Positions 41,909-51,355 of a DNA stretch of 64,000 nt are shown here, one piece after another. Source of the stretch: Nitrosospira sp. (GTDB lineage: Bacteria; Pseudomonadota; Gammaproteobacteria; Burkholderiales; Nitrosomonadaceae); the NCBI GenBank assembly GCA_013450215.1, contig JACDSH010000015.1:43481-107480 (forward strand), written 5' to 3'. Position numbers and translations under genes: made by a program. Under the pieces are notes generated by a model. It was not told the origin of the DNA and ran no database searches. It worked only from the letters and a program-made list of their open reading frames with translations. Position 1 is the first letter of the stretch, and every line of letters starts with the position of its first letter.

Positions 41909-42649
41909 ATGGATATTGCCAGCCCAGAATTCTGGGTAGCAGTAATGCAAATTATTGCGATTGACATTGTTCTTGGGGGCGACAACGCTGTCATAATTGC
42001 GCTCGCTAGCCGACGCTTACCCGAAAAACAACGTAACCAAGCAATCTTCTGGGGCGTGTTTGGCGCCATTGGGCTGCGCGTAGTGTTGATTTTCTTCGCC
42101 CTTACGTTACTAGCGATTCCTTTTCTGAAAATTGTTGGTGCGGGACTACTATTATGGATAGGAGTAAAACTACTTCAACCTGAACCTGATGGTGGCGGGC
42201 ACGAGATTGATGCCAGTACGACCCTGTATGGAGCAATCAAGACTATTATTATTGCCGACGCGGTAATGAGCCTGGACAATGTTATCGCTATTGCGGGCGC
42301 TGCCAAAGATAGCATCGGTCTGGTCATTTTCGGTTTGGTCGTGAGCGTACCCATCATTGTGTGGGGTAGCAAGCTGGTGATGAAGCTCATGGATCGTTTC
42401 CCCATGGCTATCGTTATCGGCGCCGGACTTCTTGGCTGGATAGCGGGCGACATGACAGTCACCGACGCCGCTACCAGAGAGTGGGGAGAGAGTATACCGT
42501 TGTTGCAATGGATCGCTCCGACAGTCGGTGCGCTCATGGTTGTCATTCTCGGCAAGTGGCTGGCCGCCCGAGCATCGGCCAGAATGTCTGCACGGGCTAT
42601 GCAGCTTGCTGATCTGACTGATAGTGACCGCCGTCCGCCACAATCGTAG
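41909..42649 (+). CDS. TerC/YjbE-family integral membrane protein
   Basis: 246 aa. Repeated (I)DIVLGGDNAV..A / MSLDNVIAIAGAA motifs typical of the TerC family. Confidence 0.85.
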   Translation: MDIASPEFWVAVMQIIAIDIVLGGDNAVIIALASRRLPEKQRNQAIFWGVFGAIGLRVVLIFFALTLLAIPFLKIVGAGLLLWIGVKLLQPEPDGGGHEIDASTTLYGAIKTIIIADAVMSLDNVIAIAGAAKDSIGLVIFGLVVSVPIIVWGSKLVMKLMDRFPMAIVIGAGLLGWIAGDMTVTDAATREWGESIPLLQWIAPTVGALMVVILGKWLAARASARMSARAMQLADLTDSDRRPPQS

Positions 42650-42668
42650 CCTTAAACCACGGAAAATC

Positions 42669-43093
42669 ATGCTAAGAATTCTTGTGCCAGTAGACGGTTC
42701 CGACAACTCCAATAAATCCGTATCAGATTTCATCAGACTACTTGGTTGATACAAAGAAACGCCTAAAATTCATTTGCTCAATGTCCGGCCCCTTTTACAT
42801 GGTGGCGTCTCCAGCTTTATCGATAGAGAAAATATTAAGCAATGCCATCAGGAGGAGGGGGTTAAAGGTCTACAGTCGGCCCGCGATTTGTTAGAGCAGG
42901 CGGGGATTGTCTGCCAGCCCCACATCCTCGTCGGCGACCTGGTCGGAATGATCGTACACTGCGCCACCGAAAAAATTGTGACCAGATCGTCATTGGTCCG
43001 CGCGGATTGGGAGGCACCAAAGAGTTACTGATGGGCTCTGTTGCTAACAAACTGATGCAACTTTCAACATTGCCCGTACTGCTGATAAAATAA
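42669..43093 (+). pseudogene. Universal stress protein (UspA family) gene with a nonsense mutation and a frameshift
   Basis: MLRILVPVDGSDNSNKS... is interrupted by an in-frame TGA at 42747-42749 (LLG*YKE). The USP C-terminus (QIVIGPRGLGGTKELLMGSVANKLMQLSTLPVLLIK*) sits in another frame after the A6 run 42970-42975; one extra A restores EKNCDQIVIG. Confidence 0.8.
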
Positions 43094-43183
43094 AAATAGA
43101 CAGCTCTGCAAACAGAGCCCTTACTCTAAGCTTACCTTAAGTGGGCCTATTAGCAGCCGCGCTAGAGCTAATCTCTACCCCCA

Positions 43184-43621
43184 CTAAGAGCACAGGCCAT
43201 CGCCGGGTCTGATGCCGCGCGAATTGTCGCAGATAGTGCCGGTCATTCCCCACGTCAGGCTTGGTGTCTCGACCGCCGGACTTGGTGCATAAGTAAAATC
43301 CATAGCAACTCCAGAACTGGTAGTCGCAGAGCTTGTTCCCGCCAGAATTCCATTACCCAGAGTAAGAGTTTTAACATTGGTTGAGGTGAGGAGTGCTGGG
43401 ACACCAAACGCACCCACATTACAGTTGGCTAGAGCTCCGCTATTCTGATAACACGCCCCGATTGCCAGTTTGTACGGCGCCAACTCAGCCACTGTGTCGA
43501 CTGCCCGGGTACGCGAAATATAATTCCCATACTGCATGACCGCAATCGTCACCAGAATGCCGATAACCCCCACAACACTCATTGTTTCGATCAAAGTAAG
43601 CCCCTTTTTTGCTTGTTGCAT
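43184..43621 (-). CDS. Type IV pilin-like protein (prepilin N-terminal cleavage/methylation domain)
   Basis: 145 aa. Leader MQQAKKG, then LTLIETMSVVGVIGILVTIAVMQY (Glu5 present). Has a C-terminal disulfide-loop-like C..x12..C. GGGAGA RBS. Confidence 0.8.
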   Translation of the reverse strand: MQQAKKGLTLIETMSVVGVIGILVTIAVMQYGNYISRTRAVDTVAELAPYKLAIGACYQNSGALANCNVGAFGVPALLTSTNVKTLTLGNGILAGTSSATTSSGVAMDFTYAPSPAVETPSLTWGMTGTICDNSRGIRPGDGLCS

Positions 43622-43755
43622 GCTTCATCTCCCTTAGGATTTATTAAGGCACCCAAACGAACTCAATTTGGCGTGAACAGAAATCGTGTTAACTCATGCT
43701 ATCGATTAAAAGTAATACAGATAGCGCTGCAAATAACTCATTGTGACAACGAAAA

Positions 43756-44979
43756 TTACTCGTAGCGTAACGCCTCAACCGGCCGCAAGGCCGCTGCCTT
43801 CTTGGCCGGGTAGAAGCCGAAAAATATCCCCACCGCTGAGGCAAAAAAGAATGCCAACCCAACCATCCCAAACGTAATGACAACCACCATATCAGCCGCA
43901 CGGCTTACCGCCCAAGCGCCGCCAATGCCAAGCGCAACCCCTGCCAGGCCGCCTAAAATACAGATTACCAAAGCCTCCAGCAGAAATTGTGTGAGTATGG
44001 CACGTCGATTAGCACCGATCGCCATACGGATACCGATCTCACGAGTGCGTTCAGTCACCGAGACCAGCATGATATTCATGATACCAATACCACCGACCAA
44101 CAAGGATACCGAAGCAATCGCTCCAAGCATCAGCGACATCACCTTAGCCGCACCGGTGGCAACAGCAGCGAGGGCTGCCATATTACGCACAGTAAAGTCA
44201 CTATCCATGCCCTCTGCCAGACGGTGCCGTTGACGCAGCAGCTGATTGATCTCGCTCTCAGCCCCTTCCATTACCTCGGGTGACTTTCCCTGCACCATCA
44301 TGAAACGGATCGTTCCGGGGAACTGACTTCCAAAAACTTGACGTTGGCCGGTAGTGAGTGGAATAAACACATTGTCATCCTGATCACGTCCATCCAGACT
44401 CTGCCCCTTAGCAGCAAGTACCCCTGTAACTATAAAGGGACTCTTCTTAATGCGTATCGTCTTCCCTGTTGGATCCTCATCACCAAATAGATTTTTTGCG
44501 GTTACCTGCCCCAAGACTACAACACGTGCAGCCGAACGAAAATCCGTATCAGTAAATACTTCTCCATCTTCCGTGTCCCAGTTGCGCACTCTGAAATAGT
44601 CCGGCGTCACGCCGGTGACGACCGTACTCCAGTTATTAGCCCCGAAGTTTAATTGCGCCGTCCCAGTGATGATCGGCGCAACCGCTTTGATTGAGGGTAG
44701 GCTTGCTACGGCCTGCGCATCCCCGAGGGTTAAGGTCTGAACACTGCCGCTCGTTTGGCGCATTGCCCCGGAGGAGGTAGCCCCAGGCAGCACTATAAAC
44801 AGATTGCTGCCCATTGAGGCAATTGCTTGATTGACTGTTGTCTGAGCACCCTGGCCAATGGATAGCATCAGTACCACTGCTGCCACACCAATGATCATCC
44901 CGAGCATCGTCAAACCGGTGCGCAATCGGTTAAGACGCAGCGCCCGCAGCGCCTCGCCAATAATGGCTAATAAGTTCAG
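43756..44979 (-). CDS. MacB-type ABC transporter permease (MacB periplasmic domain + FtsX)
   Basis: Four-TM FtsX topology with a large periplasmic loop. The conserved N-terminus (NLLAIIGEALRALRLNRLRTGLTMLG) extends upstream of the track start (an internal TTG at 44925). The only possible initiators are CTG 44979 or ATT, so the start is uncertain. Confidence 0.8.
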   Translation of the reverse strand: MNLLAIIGEALRALRLNRLRTGLTMLGMIIGVAAVVLMLSIGQGAQTTVNQAIASMGSNLFIVLPGATSSGAMRQTSGSVQTLTLGDAQAVASLPSIKAVAPIITGTAQLNFGANNWSTVVTGVTPDYFRVRNWDTEDGEVFTDTDFRSAARVVVLGQVTAKNLFGDEDPTGKTIRIKKSPFIVTGVLAAKGQSLDGRDQDDNVFIPLTTGQRQVFGSQFPGTIRFMMVQGKSPEVMEGAESEINQLLRQRHRLAEGMDSDFTVRNMAALAAVATGAAKVMSLMLGAIASVSLLVGGIGIMNIMLVSVTERTREIGIRMAIGANRRAILTQFLLEALVICILGGLAGVALGIGGAWAVSRAADMVVVITFGMVGLAFFFASAVGIFFGFYPAKKAAALRPVEALRYE

Positions 44980-45710
44980 GAATCCACCTTACTGTCATGT
45001 ATCACCCGTCCGTCTTTCAGTCGCACTAACCGGCTCGCATACGCTGCAATATCGTCCTCATGAGTTACTAACACAATGGTGATTCCCTTTTCTCGATTGA
45101 GGCGCTTGAAAACCCCCATGATTTCACCGCTGGTTTGGGTATCGAGGTTACCGGTAGGCTCATCTGCCAGAATAAGTTGTGGGTTGTTGACCAAAGCGCG
45201 ACTGATAGCGACACGCTGCTGCTGGCCACCCGAGAGTTGATTGGGTTGATATTCAGAAAATTTGCCGAGACCCGTCTGCTGTAACAACTCCTGTGCTCTC
45301 TGACGGCTCTCAGCTCGGCTCACCCCCGCATAGAGTAGCGGCGTCGCTACGTTATCCAGAGCTGTCATGCGTTTCAACAGGTTAAACCCCTGGAATACGA
45401 ATCCGAGATTGTGGTTTCGTACGCTCGCAAGCTCCTTCTCCGAGAGCGACGCCACATCGCGGCCAGCGAGCCAATAGTGGCCGCTTGTGGGAGTATCAAG
45501 ACAACCCAACAGATTCATCAGAGTGGACTTACCGGAACCAGAGTGCCCCATGATGGCGACAAACTCTCCGCGATTGATACTCAGACTCACATCGTACAGA
45601 ACCTGACTATTGACCGTTCCATTGACGCCGCTCTCTAAGCTGTAGATCTTGCAAAGTCGCTCTACCCTGATCAACGGCTCAGCAGACGATTCGGACTGAA
45701 CTGACATCAT
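44976..45710 (-). CDS. MacB/LolD-type ABC transporter ATP-binding protein
   Basis: 244 aa. Walker A GHSGSGKST, signature LSGGQQQRV, Walker B LILADEPT. Confidence 0.93.
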   Translation of the reverse strand: MMSVQSESSAEPLIRVERLCKIYSLESGVNGTVNSQVLYDVSLSINRGEFVAIMGHSGSGKSTLMNLLGCLDTPTSGHYWLAGRDVASLSEKELASVRNHNLGFVFQGFNLLKRMTALDNVATPLLYAGVSRAESRQRAQELLQQTGLGKFSEYQPNQLSGGQQQRVAISRALVNNPQLILADEPTGNLDTQTSGEIMGVFKRLNREKGITIVLVTHEDDIAAYASRLVRLKDGRVIHDSKVDS

Positions 45711-46852
45711 CAGAACATTCTTAGCTTAAAGTTGCTACCCGATTTATCCTTGTTTGCAGCCTCTCTCACTACTAGCTTGTCACCCTCTTTAATTCCACCC
45801 TCAGTGATCTCCGTGAAGGCTCCATCAGCGATGCCGGTCTTGACATTGACTGGAACAGGCTTACCACCCTCCAACCGGTAGAGTACCGACTTGCTTGGTT
45901 GCCTAGTCGGCGCGCCATCAGTGTCAGCATCGCTCGGCTTATACCGTAACGCGGCATTGGGCGCTCTCAACACCGAATCTTTCTGATTAACTGCGAACCG
46001 CACATTGGCGGTCATGCCTGGCAGCAGGGCACCGTCCTCATTGGCTACCGTCACAACTACGTTATATGTGACTACATTCTGTTGAATACTGGGATTGAGT
46101 CTAACTTGCTTCACTGTCCCAGAAAATTCGCGCTCATGAAAAGCATCTACTGTGAAATTTGCCTGCTGGCCAAGGCGTAACTGGCCGATATCTGCCTCCG
46201 CCACACTGGTATCAATCTGCATCTGACGCAAGTCTTTGGCAATCTGGAATAAAACGGGTGTCTGGAAAACCGCTGCTACAGTCTGCCCAATCTCTACATT
46301 GCGGGCCACCACTACCCCGGAAATTGGTGACTTAATTACACTGTAGTAAAAGTTAGCTCGGTCACGCGCCAGCTGGGCCTTACTTAAAGCAAGCTGGGCC
46401 CGCGCAGCATCCAGTTGTTGCTCGAACATATTCAGGCCATCGCTAGAAATAAAACCTTGTTCCTTGAGTGCGAGGTTACGAGCCATCTTGTTTTCAGCGA
46501 GTTTTAGCGAGGCCTGGGCATTCATTACGTTGGCTTCGGCTTGCTGCAGCTGCGCGCGGAACAGCGCCGGATCGAGCTCTGCTAATACTTGGCCTTCCTC
46601 AATCTGGTCATTAAAATCAACATATATTTTGGACACAGTACCCGATACCTGAGTTCCCACATTGACCAGCTCAACTGGATTTAGCGTTCCGTTGGCGGAG
46701 ATACTCTGCACGATATCCCCACGGTCTACTACTTGAATCTTATATCGATCCTGCTTGGACTCCGACTTGCCGCTCCAGTACCAGATGCCAGTTACACTGA
46801 GCAGCAGTATTGCGACAATCAAGGGTAACCTGTTGCGAGAAATAGTGATCAT
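45710..46852 (-). CDS. MacA-like periplasmic adaptor (HlyD/RND MFP family)
   Basis: 380 aa. N-terminal TM anchor, coiled-coil hairpin, lipoyl and beta-barrel domains. 1-nt overlap with the ATPase gene. Confidence 0.88.
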   Translation of the reverse strand: MITISRNRLPLIVAILLLSVTGIWYWSGKSESKQDRYKIQVVDRGDIVQSISANGTLNPVELVNVGTQVSGTVSKIYVDFNDQIEEGQVLAELDPALFRAQLQQAEANVMNAQASLKLAENKMARNLALKEQGFISSDGLNMFEQQLDAARAQLALSKAQLARDRANFYYSVIKSPISGVVVARNVEIGQTVAAVFQTPVLFQIAKDLRQMQIDTSVAEADIGQLRLGQQANFTVDAFHEREFSGTVKQVRLNPSIQQNVVTYNVVVTVANEDGALLPGMTANVRFAVNQKDSVLRAPNAALRYKPSDADTDGAPTRQPSKSVLYRLEGGKPVPVNVKTGIADGAFTEITEGGIKEGDKLVVREAANKDKSGSNFKLRMF

Positions 46853-46971
46853 AGGCGGCTAGGTTATATTCCGTGTCAGACTAGGCAGAGCGAAAGTAGA
46901 ATGTTACCTGAGTGTGGAGACTTTAAGGAGGTGTCGCATGCGTTCTGCTTAGAGCGCTTGTCTGTGGCCCG

Positions 46972-48480
46972 CTAATTTTTATTGTCTGCCGCCAGTTCAC
47001 GTAACTCCTTGAGGCGTGCTTCAACACCGGACACCTGATAGAAATCACCGTCATTTCTTCTCAGTGCGGTCTGCAGCTGATCAATGGCGGCGGCAAGGTA
47101 ACCTTGCCGGACATAGGCCTCGGCCTGGGCCCGGTGCTGCATCAGATTGCTTCCCAGTGCCGCATAACCCTGTGCCTGAAGGTTGTAGAGACGCACGTCA
47201 TTGGGAGTGAACAATAGCTGCTGATTGATGAATTTGAGAGCAGCCTCAGCACTATGGCTGCGTAGTAACGCATCGGCATAGTCGTAGGTCAATGCTCGGT
47301 GCTGGGGATAAATCCTCAATGAGGCGCGATAAATGTCGAGAGCCTCTGCAGACTGCCCCATAGATAGCTTAACTCGAGCTGCTAAAGTTTCAATCATAGG
47401 GCTAGAATGCGAGACCTTATTCTCAATCTGAATCGCTGAGCCCAGCCGATGATTCTCCAGTATCTCTATCAAGCGGTCAGCTCGCGACGACTCGTAGAGT
47501 AGCGCCAACTCCTTATCTGCGCGCACGTAACTCCTATCGCGCAACAAAGCATTAATCAATCCATACCGCTCTGCCACCTCGTTATTGTAGCGCTTGTCCC
47601 GAATGCTGGACTCAAAGTACCTTACCGCGTCTTTCGGCTTTCCCTGAAGGGCCCGTAGCTTGGCACGCACCAGCTGGAAGTCAGGGCTGTCGAGTACCTG
47701 CCGGTAAGGCATGTTTTGAGTACGGTTCTGGATATCCGCAATGCGCTCATAAGTAATTGGATGAGTGCGTAGATAAGATGGGGCACCATTCTCCTGAAAA
47801 CGCCCGGCTTTTTGCAACCGTTCGAAGAATTCCGTCATCCCATTCGGATCCAACCCTGCATTAACCAGTATTTTCAGCCCAATACGGTCAGCCTCTTTCT
47901 CATGATCACGGGTAAAATCGAGCCGCGACTGAATTGCGAGTGCTTGTGAAGCCGTTGCTGCGGCCTGCCCGGCTTGGGGGTTTGAGCGCGAAACCAGGAT
48001 CGCCAGTGCCAGCGATGCAAGGGTGGTCAGCATGCCATATTTTTGGCCTGAGATCATGCGTGCAAGATGCTTCTGGGTGACATGCGCAATCTCATGCGAC
48101 ATCACGCCGGCCAGCTCTGACTCGCTCTGTGCGGCGAGAATGAGGCCGCTGTTGAAACCCATAAAACCACCAGGTAACGCAAATGCGTTGATGGAAGGGT
48201 CCTGAAGCGCAAAAAACTCAAACTCCTGGTCAGGGTGGTCTTCATTTGACCCACCGAGTAATCTGTTACCCAGACCGGTGAGATAAGCCGCTATCTCTGG
48301 GTCGTCAAGATAACTACGGTCAGCACGGATTTCCGCCATGATCTGCAGACCAAGCTGCCGTTCTTGTCGCGGCGAAATGGTTGCTTGGGATATATCGCCC
48401 AGTTCTGGCAATTCATCGGCAGAAACGTTAAGAGCAAAAAGGAATGGTAGTAGTATTGCCGTTAGATATCGCAATTTCAT
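46972..48480 (-). CDS. bepA: Periplasmic M48 metalloprotease with TPR domain (BepA/YfgC-like)
   Basis: 502 aa. Signal peptide, HEIAH zinc motif (MSHEIAHV), C-terminal TPR repeats. Confidence 0.82.
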   Translation of the reverse strand: MKLRYLTAILLPFLFALNVSADELPELGDISQATISPRQERQLGLQIMAEIRADRSYLDDPEIAAYLTGLGNRLLGGSNEDHPDQEFEFFALQDPSINAFALPGGFMGFNSGLILAAQSESELAGVMSHEIAHVTQKHLARMISGQKYGMLTTLASLALAILVSRSNPQAGQAAATASQALAIQSRLDFTRDHEKEADRIGLKILVNAGLDPNGMTEFFERLQKAGRFQENGAPSYLRTHPITYERIADIQNRTQNMPYRQVLDSPDFQLVRAKLRALQGKPKDAVRYFESSIRDKRYNNEVAERYGLINALLRDRSYVRADKELALLYESSRADRLIEILENHRLGSAIQIENKVSHSSPMIETLAARVKLSMGQSAEALDIYRASLRIYPQHRALTYDYADALLRSHSAEAALKFINQQLLFTPNDVRLYNLQAQGYAALGSNLMQHRAQAEAYVRQGYLAAAIDQLQTALRRNDGDFYQVSGVEARLKELRELAADNKN

Positions 48481-48550
48481 GATGATATGATAAGAACCGG
48501 CAGGCTAAGTTCCATAATAGCCAAGGGATTCTGATTGCGCTGCCCCAAAA

Positions 48551-48955
<405 letters not shown>

Positions 48956-50572
48956 TCAAAATTCATCTTGATATTTCGACGTAATCGGATAACGCCAGTC
49001 CTTGCCAAACCCACGTTGTGTGATACGGATACCTACCGGAGATTGTCGTCTCTTGTACTCGTTCATTTGGATAAGATGGACCACCCGACGCACATCAGTC
49101 TCGGTGAAGTTCATCCGCATGATTTCATGTAACGACAGATCCCGCTCCATATAAGCTTCGATAATTACATCGAGCACGTCATATGGCGGCAGGTTATCTT
49201 GGTCGGTCTGATTGTGTCGCAATTCGGCGGATGGAGCACGCTGGATAATACGATCTGGGATCACCTTTCCCAGGCTATTGCGATAGTGACATAGTTGGTA
49301 CACCATAGTCTTACTGATGTCCTTCAATACCGCAAAACCACCAGCCATATCTCCATACAGCGTGCAATAACCCACCGCCATTTCAGACTTGTTACCAGTT
49401 GTGAGGATGATAGAGCCGTATTTATTCGATAATGCCATAAGCAACATCCCGCGAATCCTCGCCTGCAGATTCTCTTCCATGTTATCTGCCCTACCAGTTA
49501 GTGCGAGCCCCTTGCACTCTTCAGCCAGTGTGCTCAAAAACCCCTCGAAAAGCGACTTGATAGCGATCTCACTGTAGCTAACACATAATGCTTCTGCCAT
49601 TGACCGCGCATCCTCTCGACTCATGTCGGCGGTATAATGAGACGGCATCATCACCGCCCGTACTTTGTTGGCACCCAACGCATCCACCGCAATCGCGAGC
49701 GTCAATGCGGAGTCAACCCCTCCAGACAGTCCTAGCAATACGCCTGGGAACCCATTCTTGCCAACATAGTCTTTTACACCAAGGCATAGCGCATGGTAGA
49801 TGCTTGCATGCAAAACCTGCCGTGGTTCGATCTCTCCCGGTAAGGGTATGCCATTCTGAAGCTCAATCAATCCAAGCTCTTCGGTGAATTCACCAAACTG
49901 ATGTGTCAGCTCACCCTGGCGATTCATGGCAAATGAAAGACCATCAAATACTAGTTCATCCTGTCCGCCCACTAAGTTGATGTAAACGATGGCCATGCCT
50001 GTTTCGCTGATGCGTTGCCGTATCAACTGATAACGCGTCGCTTGTTTGTCCATGTGATAGGGCGAGGCATTCATCACCAGCAGAATATCTGCCCCAGCTT
50101 CCTTTGCACGAGTGACCGCGCCCTTCTCCCAAACATCGGCACAAATATTGATCCCAAACTTCGTGCCCGCCACATCGAAAACACAGGGATTGATGCCGGC
50201 TTCAAAATAACGCTGCTCATCAAATACGGTGTAATTAGGCAGTCTATTCTTGTGGTATGTGTCAACTACCTTACCGTCACGTACCACTGAAGCGGCATTG
50301 TAGATTGCACCATCAATGAGGTGTGGATGCCCCACCAGCAGCGTGATGCCGGTTATTTTAGATGCGAGGCTAGCGAGCATATTTTTGCACGCCAGATGAA
50401 AGCCCTCCCGCAGTAACAAGTCTTCGGGTGGATAGCCGGATAGTGCTAGCTCCGGCGTAACTACCAATACAGCCCCTATTTTTTTCGCTTTATTAGCAAA
50501 TTCAAGGATTTTTTCGGCATTGCCGGTGAGATCGCCAACTATACAATTGATTTGGGCAACAGCGATCTTCAT
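48956..50572 (-). CDS. nadE: Glutamine-dependent NAD+ synthetase
   Basis: 538 aa. N-terminal CN-hydrolase domain plus a C-terminal NAD synthetase domain with the PP-loop GLSGGVDSAL. Confidence 0.94.
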   Translation of the reverse strand: MKIAVAQINCIVGDLTGNAEKILEFANKAKKIGAVLVVTPELALSGYPPEDLLLREGFHLACKNMLASLASKITGITLLVGHPHLIDGAIYNAASVVRDGKVVDTYHKNRLPNYTVFDEQRYFEAGINPCVFDVAGTKFGINICADVWEKGAVTRAKEAGADILLVMNASPYHMDKQATRYQLIRQRISETGMAIVYINLVGGQDELVFDGLSFAMNRQGELTHQFGEFTEELGLIELQNGIPLPGEIEPRQVLHASIYHALCLGVKDYVGKNGFPGVLLGLSGGVDSALTLAIAVDALGANKVRAVMMPSHYTADMSREDARSMAEALCVSYSEIAIKSLFEGFLSTLAEECKGLALTGRADNMEENLQARIRGMLLMALSNKYGSIILTTGNKSEMAVGYCTLYGDMAGGFAVLKDISKTMVYQLCHYRNSLGKVIPDRIIQRAPSAELRHNQTDQDNLPPYDVLDVIIEAYMERDLSLHEIMRMNFTETDVRRVVHLIQMNEYKRRQSPVGIRITQRGFGKDWRYPITSKYQDEF

Positions 50573-50776
50573 GTCGACTTATGATAAGAGGAATGGGCTT
50601 CCATTGTTCGGCTTTGGCTAAAAGCCTGTTGGATCATAGCAGAATACGCAACTACCGGTAGGCGGCCTGTTGCGATGGGGGGTCCGATTCGCAATTAGCG
50701 TACCCGACCCCATGTTAAAATTCTCATGATTTTACAGTTCCCTTAGTAATACATAAATTACTTCAAAAGTCCCCTT

Positions 50777-51316
50777 ATGAAATATTGCAGTGATTGTGGC
50801 AATCCGATCGATCTACGTATTCCCGCAGGCGATACTTTCCCGCGGCACGTTTGCCCAAAATGCAACACTATTCATTATCAGAACCCTAAGATGGTGGTTG
50901 GTTGCATTCCAGAATGGGAAGGCAAGATACTGCTCTGTCGCCGCGCCATCGAACCACGACACGGCTTCTGGACTCTGCCGGCAGGATTTATGGAAAATGC
51001 GGAGACCTTGGTCGAGGCCGCGTCACGTGAGACGCTTGAAGAGGCCAATGCCCGAGTCAAGGTGGGCGAACTTTATGCTATTTATAATTTACCCCATATT
51101 AATCAGGTACATATTCTGTTTCGAGCACAATTGCTGGACCTCGATTTCAAGCCTGGAATCGAGAGTCTAGAGGTTCAGCTTTTTAGCGAGCTCGAAGTCC
51201 CGTGGGACACGCTTGCTTTCCGTGTTATTCGCGAACCGTTAAAGCGCTACTTCGAAGAACGCTACCACGGTCGCCTGGGTTTTCATATGGGAACAATAGA
51301 ACCAGCACGCTATTAA
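50777..51316 (+). CDS. NUDIX hydrolase with N-terminal zinc ribbon
   Basis: 179 aa. CSDCG...CPKC ribbon. Nudix box GFMENAETLVEAASRETLEEA. Confidence 0.85.
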   Translation: MKYCSDCGNPIDLRIPAGDTFPRHVCPKCNTIHYQNPKMVVGCIPEWEGKILLCRRAIEPRHGFWTLPAGFMENAETLVEAASRETLEEANARVKVGELYAIYNLPHINQVHILFRAQLLDLDFKPGIESLEVQLFSELEVPWDTLAFRVIREPLKRYFEERYHGRLGFHMGTIEPARY

Positions 51317-51355
51317 TTTTTACCACCCCGGCAAGTAAAAGAAAACAAGAGCGTG

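Noticed and set aside
42747-42749. The in-frame TGA in the usp gene as selenocysteine or programmed read-through
   Set aside because: USP proteins are not selenoproteins, no SECIS-like hairpin follows, and the same gene carries an independent frameshift. Pseudogene is the simpler reading.
42170-42754. Long antisense or alternative-frame ORFs: this 194-aa one, plus 10099..10587, 3814..4248, 8107..8535, 29419..29838, 53853..54266, 37396..37902, 56611..56859 and others
   Set aside because: All lie inside or opposite confidently identified genes. They have Arg/Ser/Pro/Cys-rich noise-like composition, no RBS and no recognisable motifs. These are typical shadow ORFs in about 50% GC DNA.
43622-43755. 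Sigma-54 promoter (TGGCAC-N5-TTGC) upstream of the pilin gene
   Set aside because: There is no match on the coding (minus) strand. The only TGGCG-like string (TTGGCGTGAACAG) is on the wrong strand.
46925-46952. Perfect Shine-Dalgarno AAGGAGG, 6 nt, ATG, and a 4-codon ORF (MRSA*) on the + strand upstream of macA
   Set aside because: It is too short to evaluate and lies on the strand opposite to both flanking genes, so it is most likely chance. The complementary CCUCC in the macA leader has no obvious SD to pair with.
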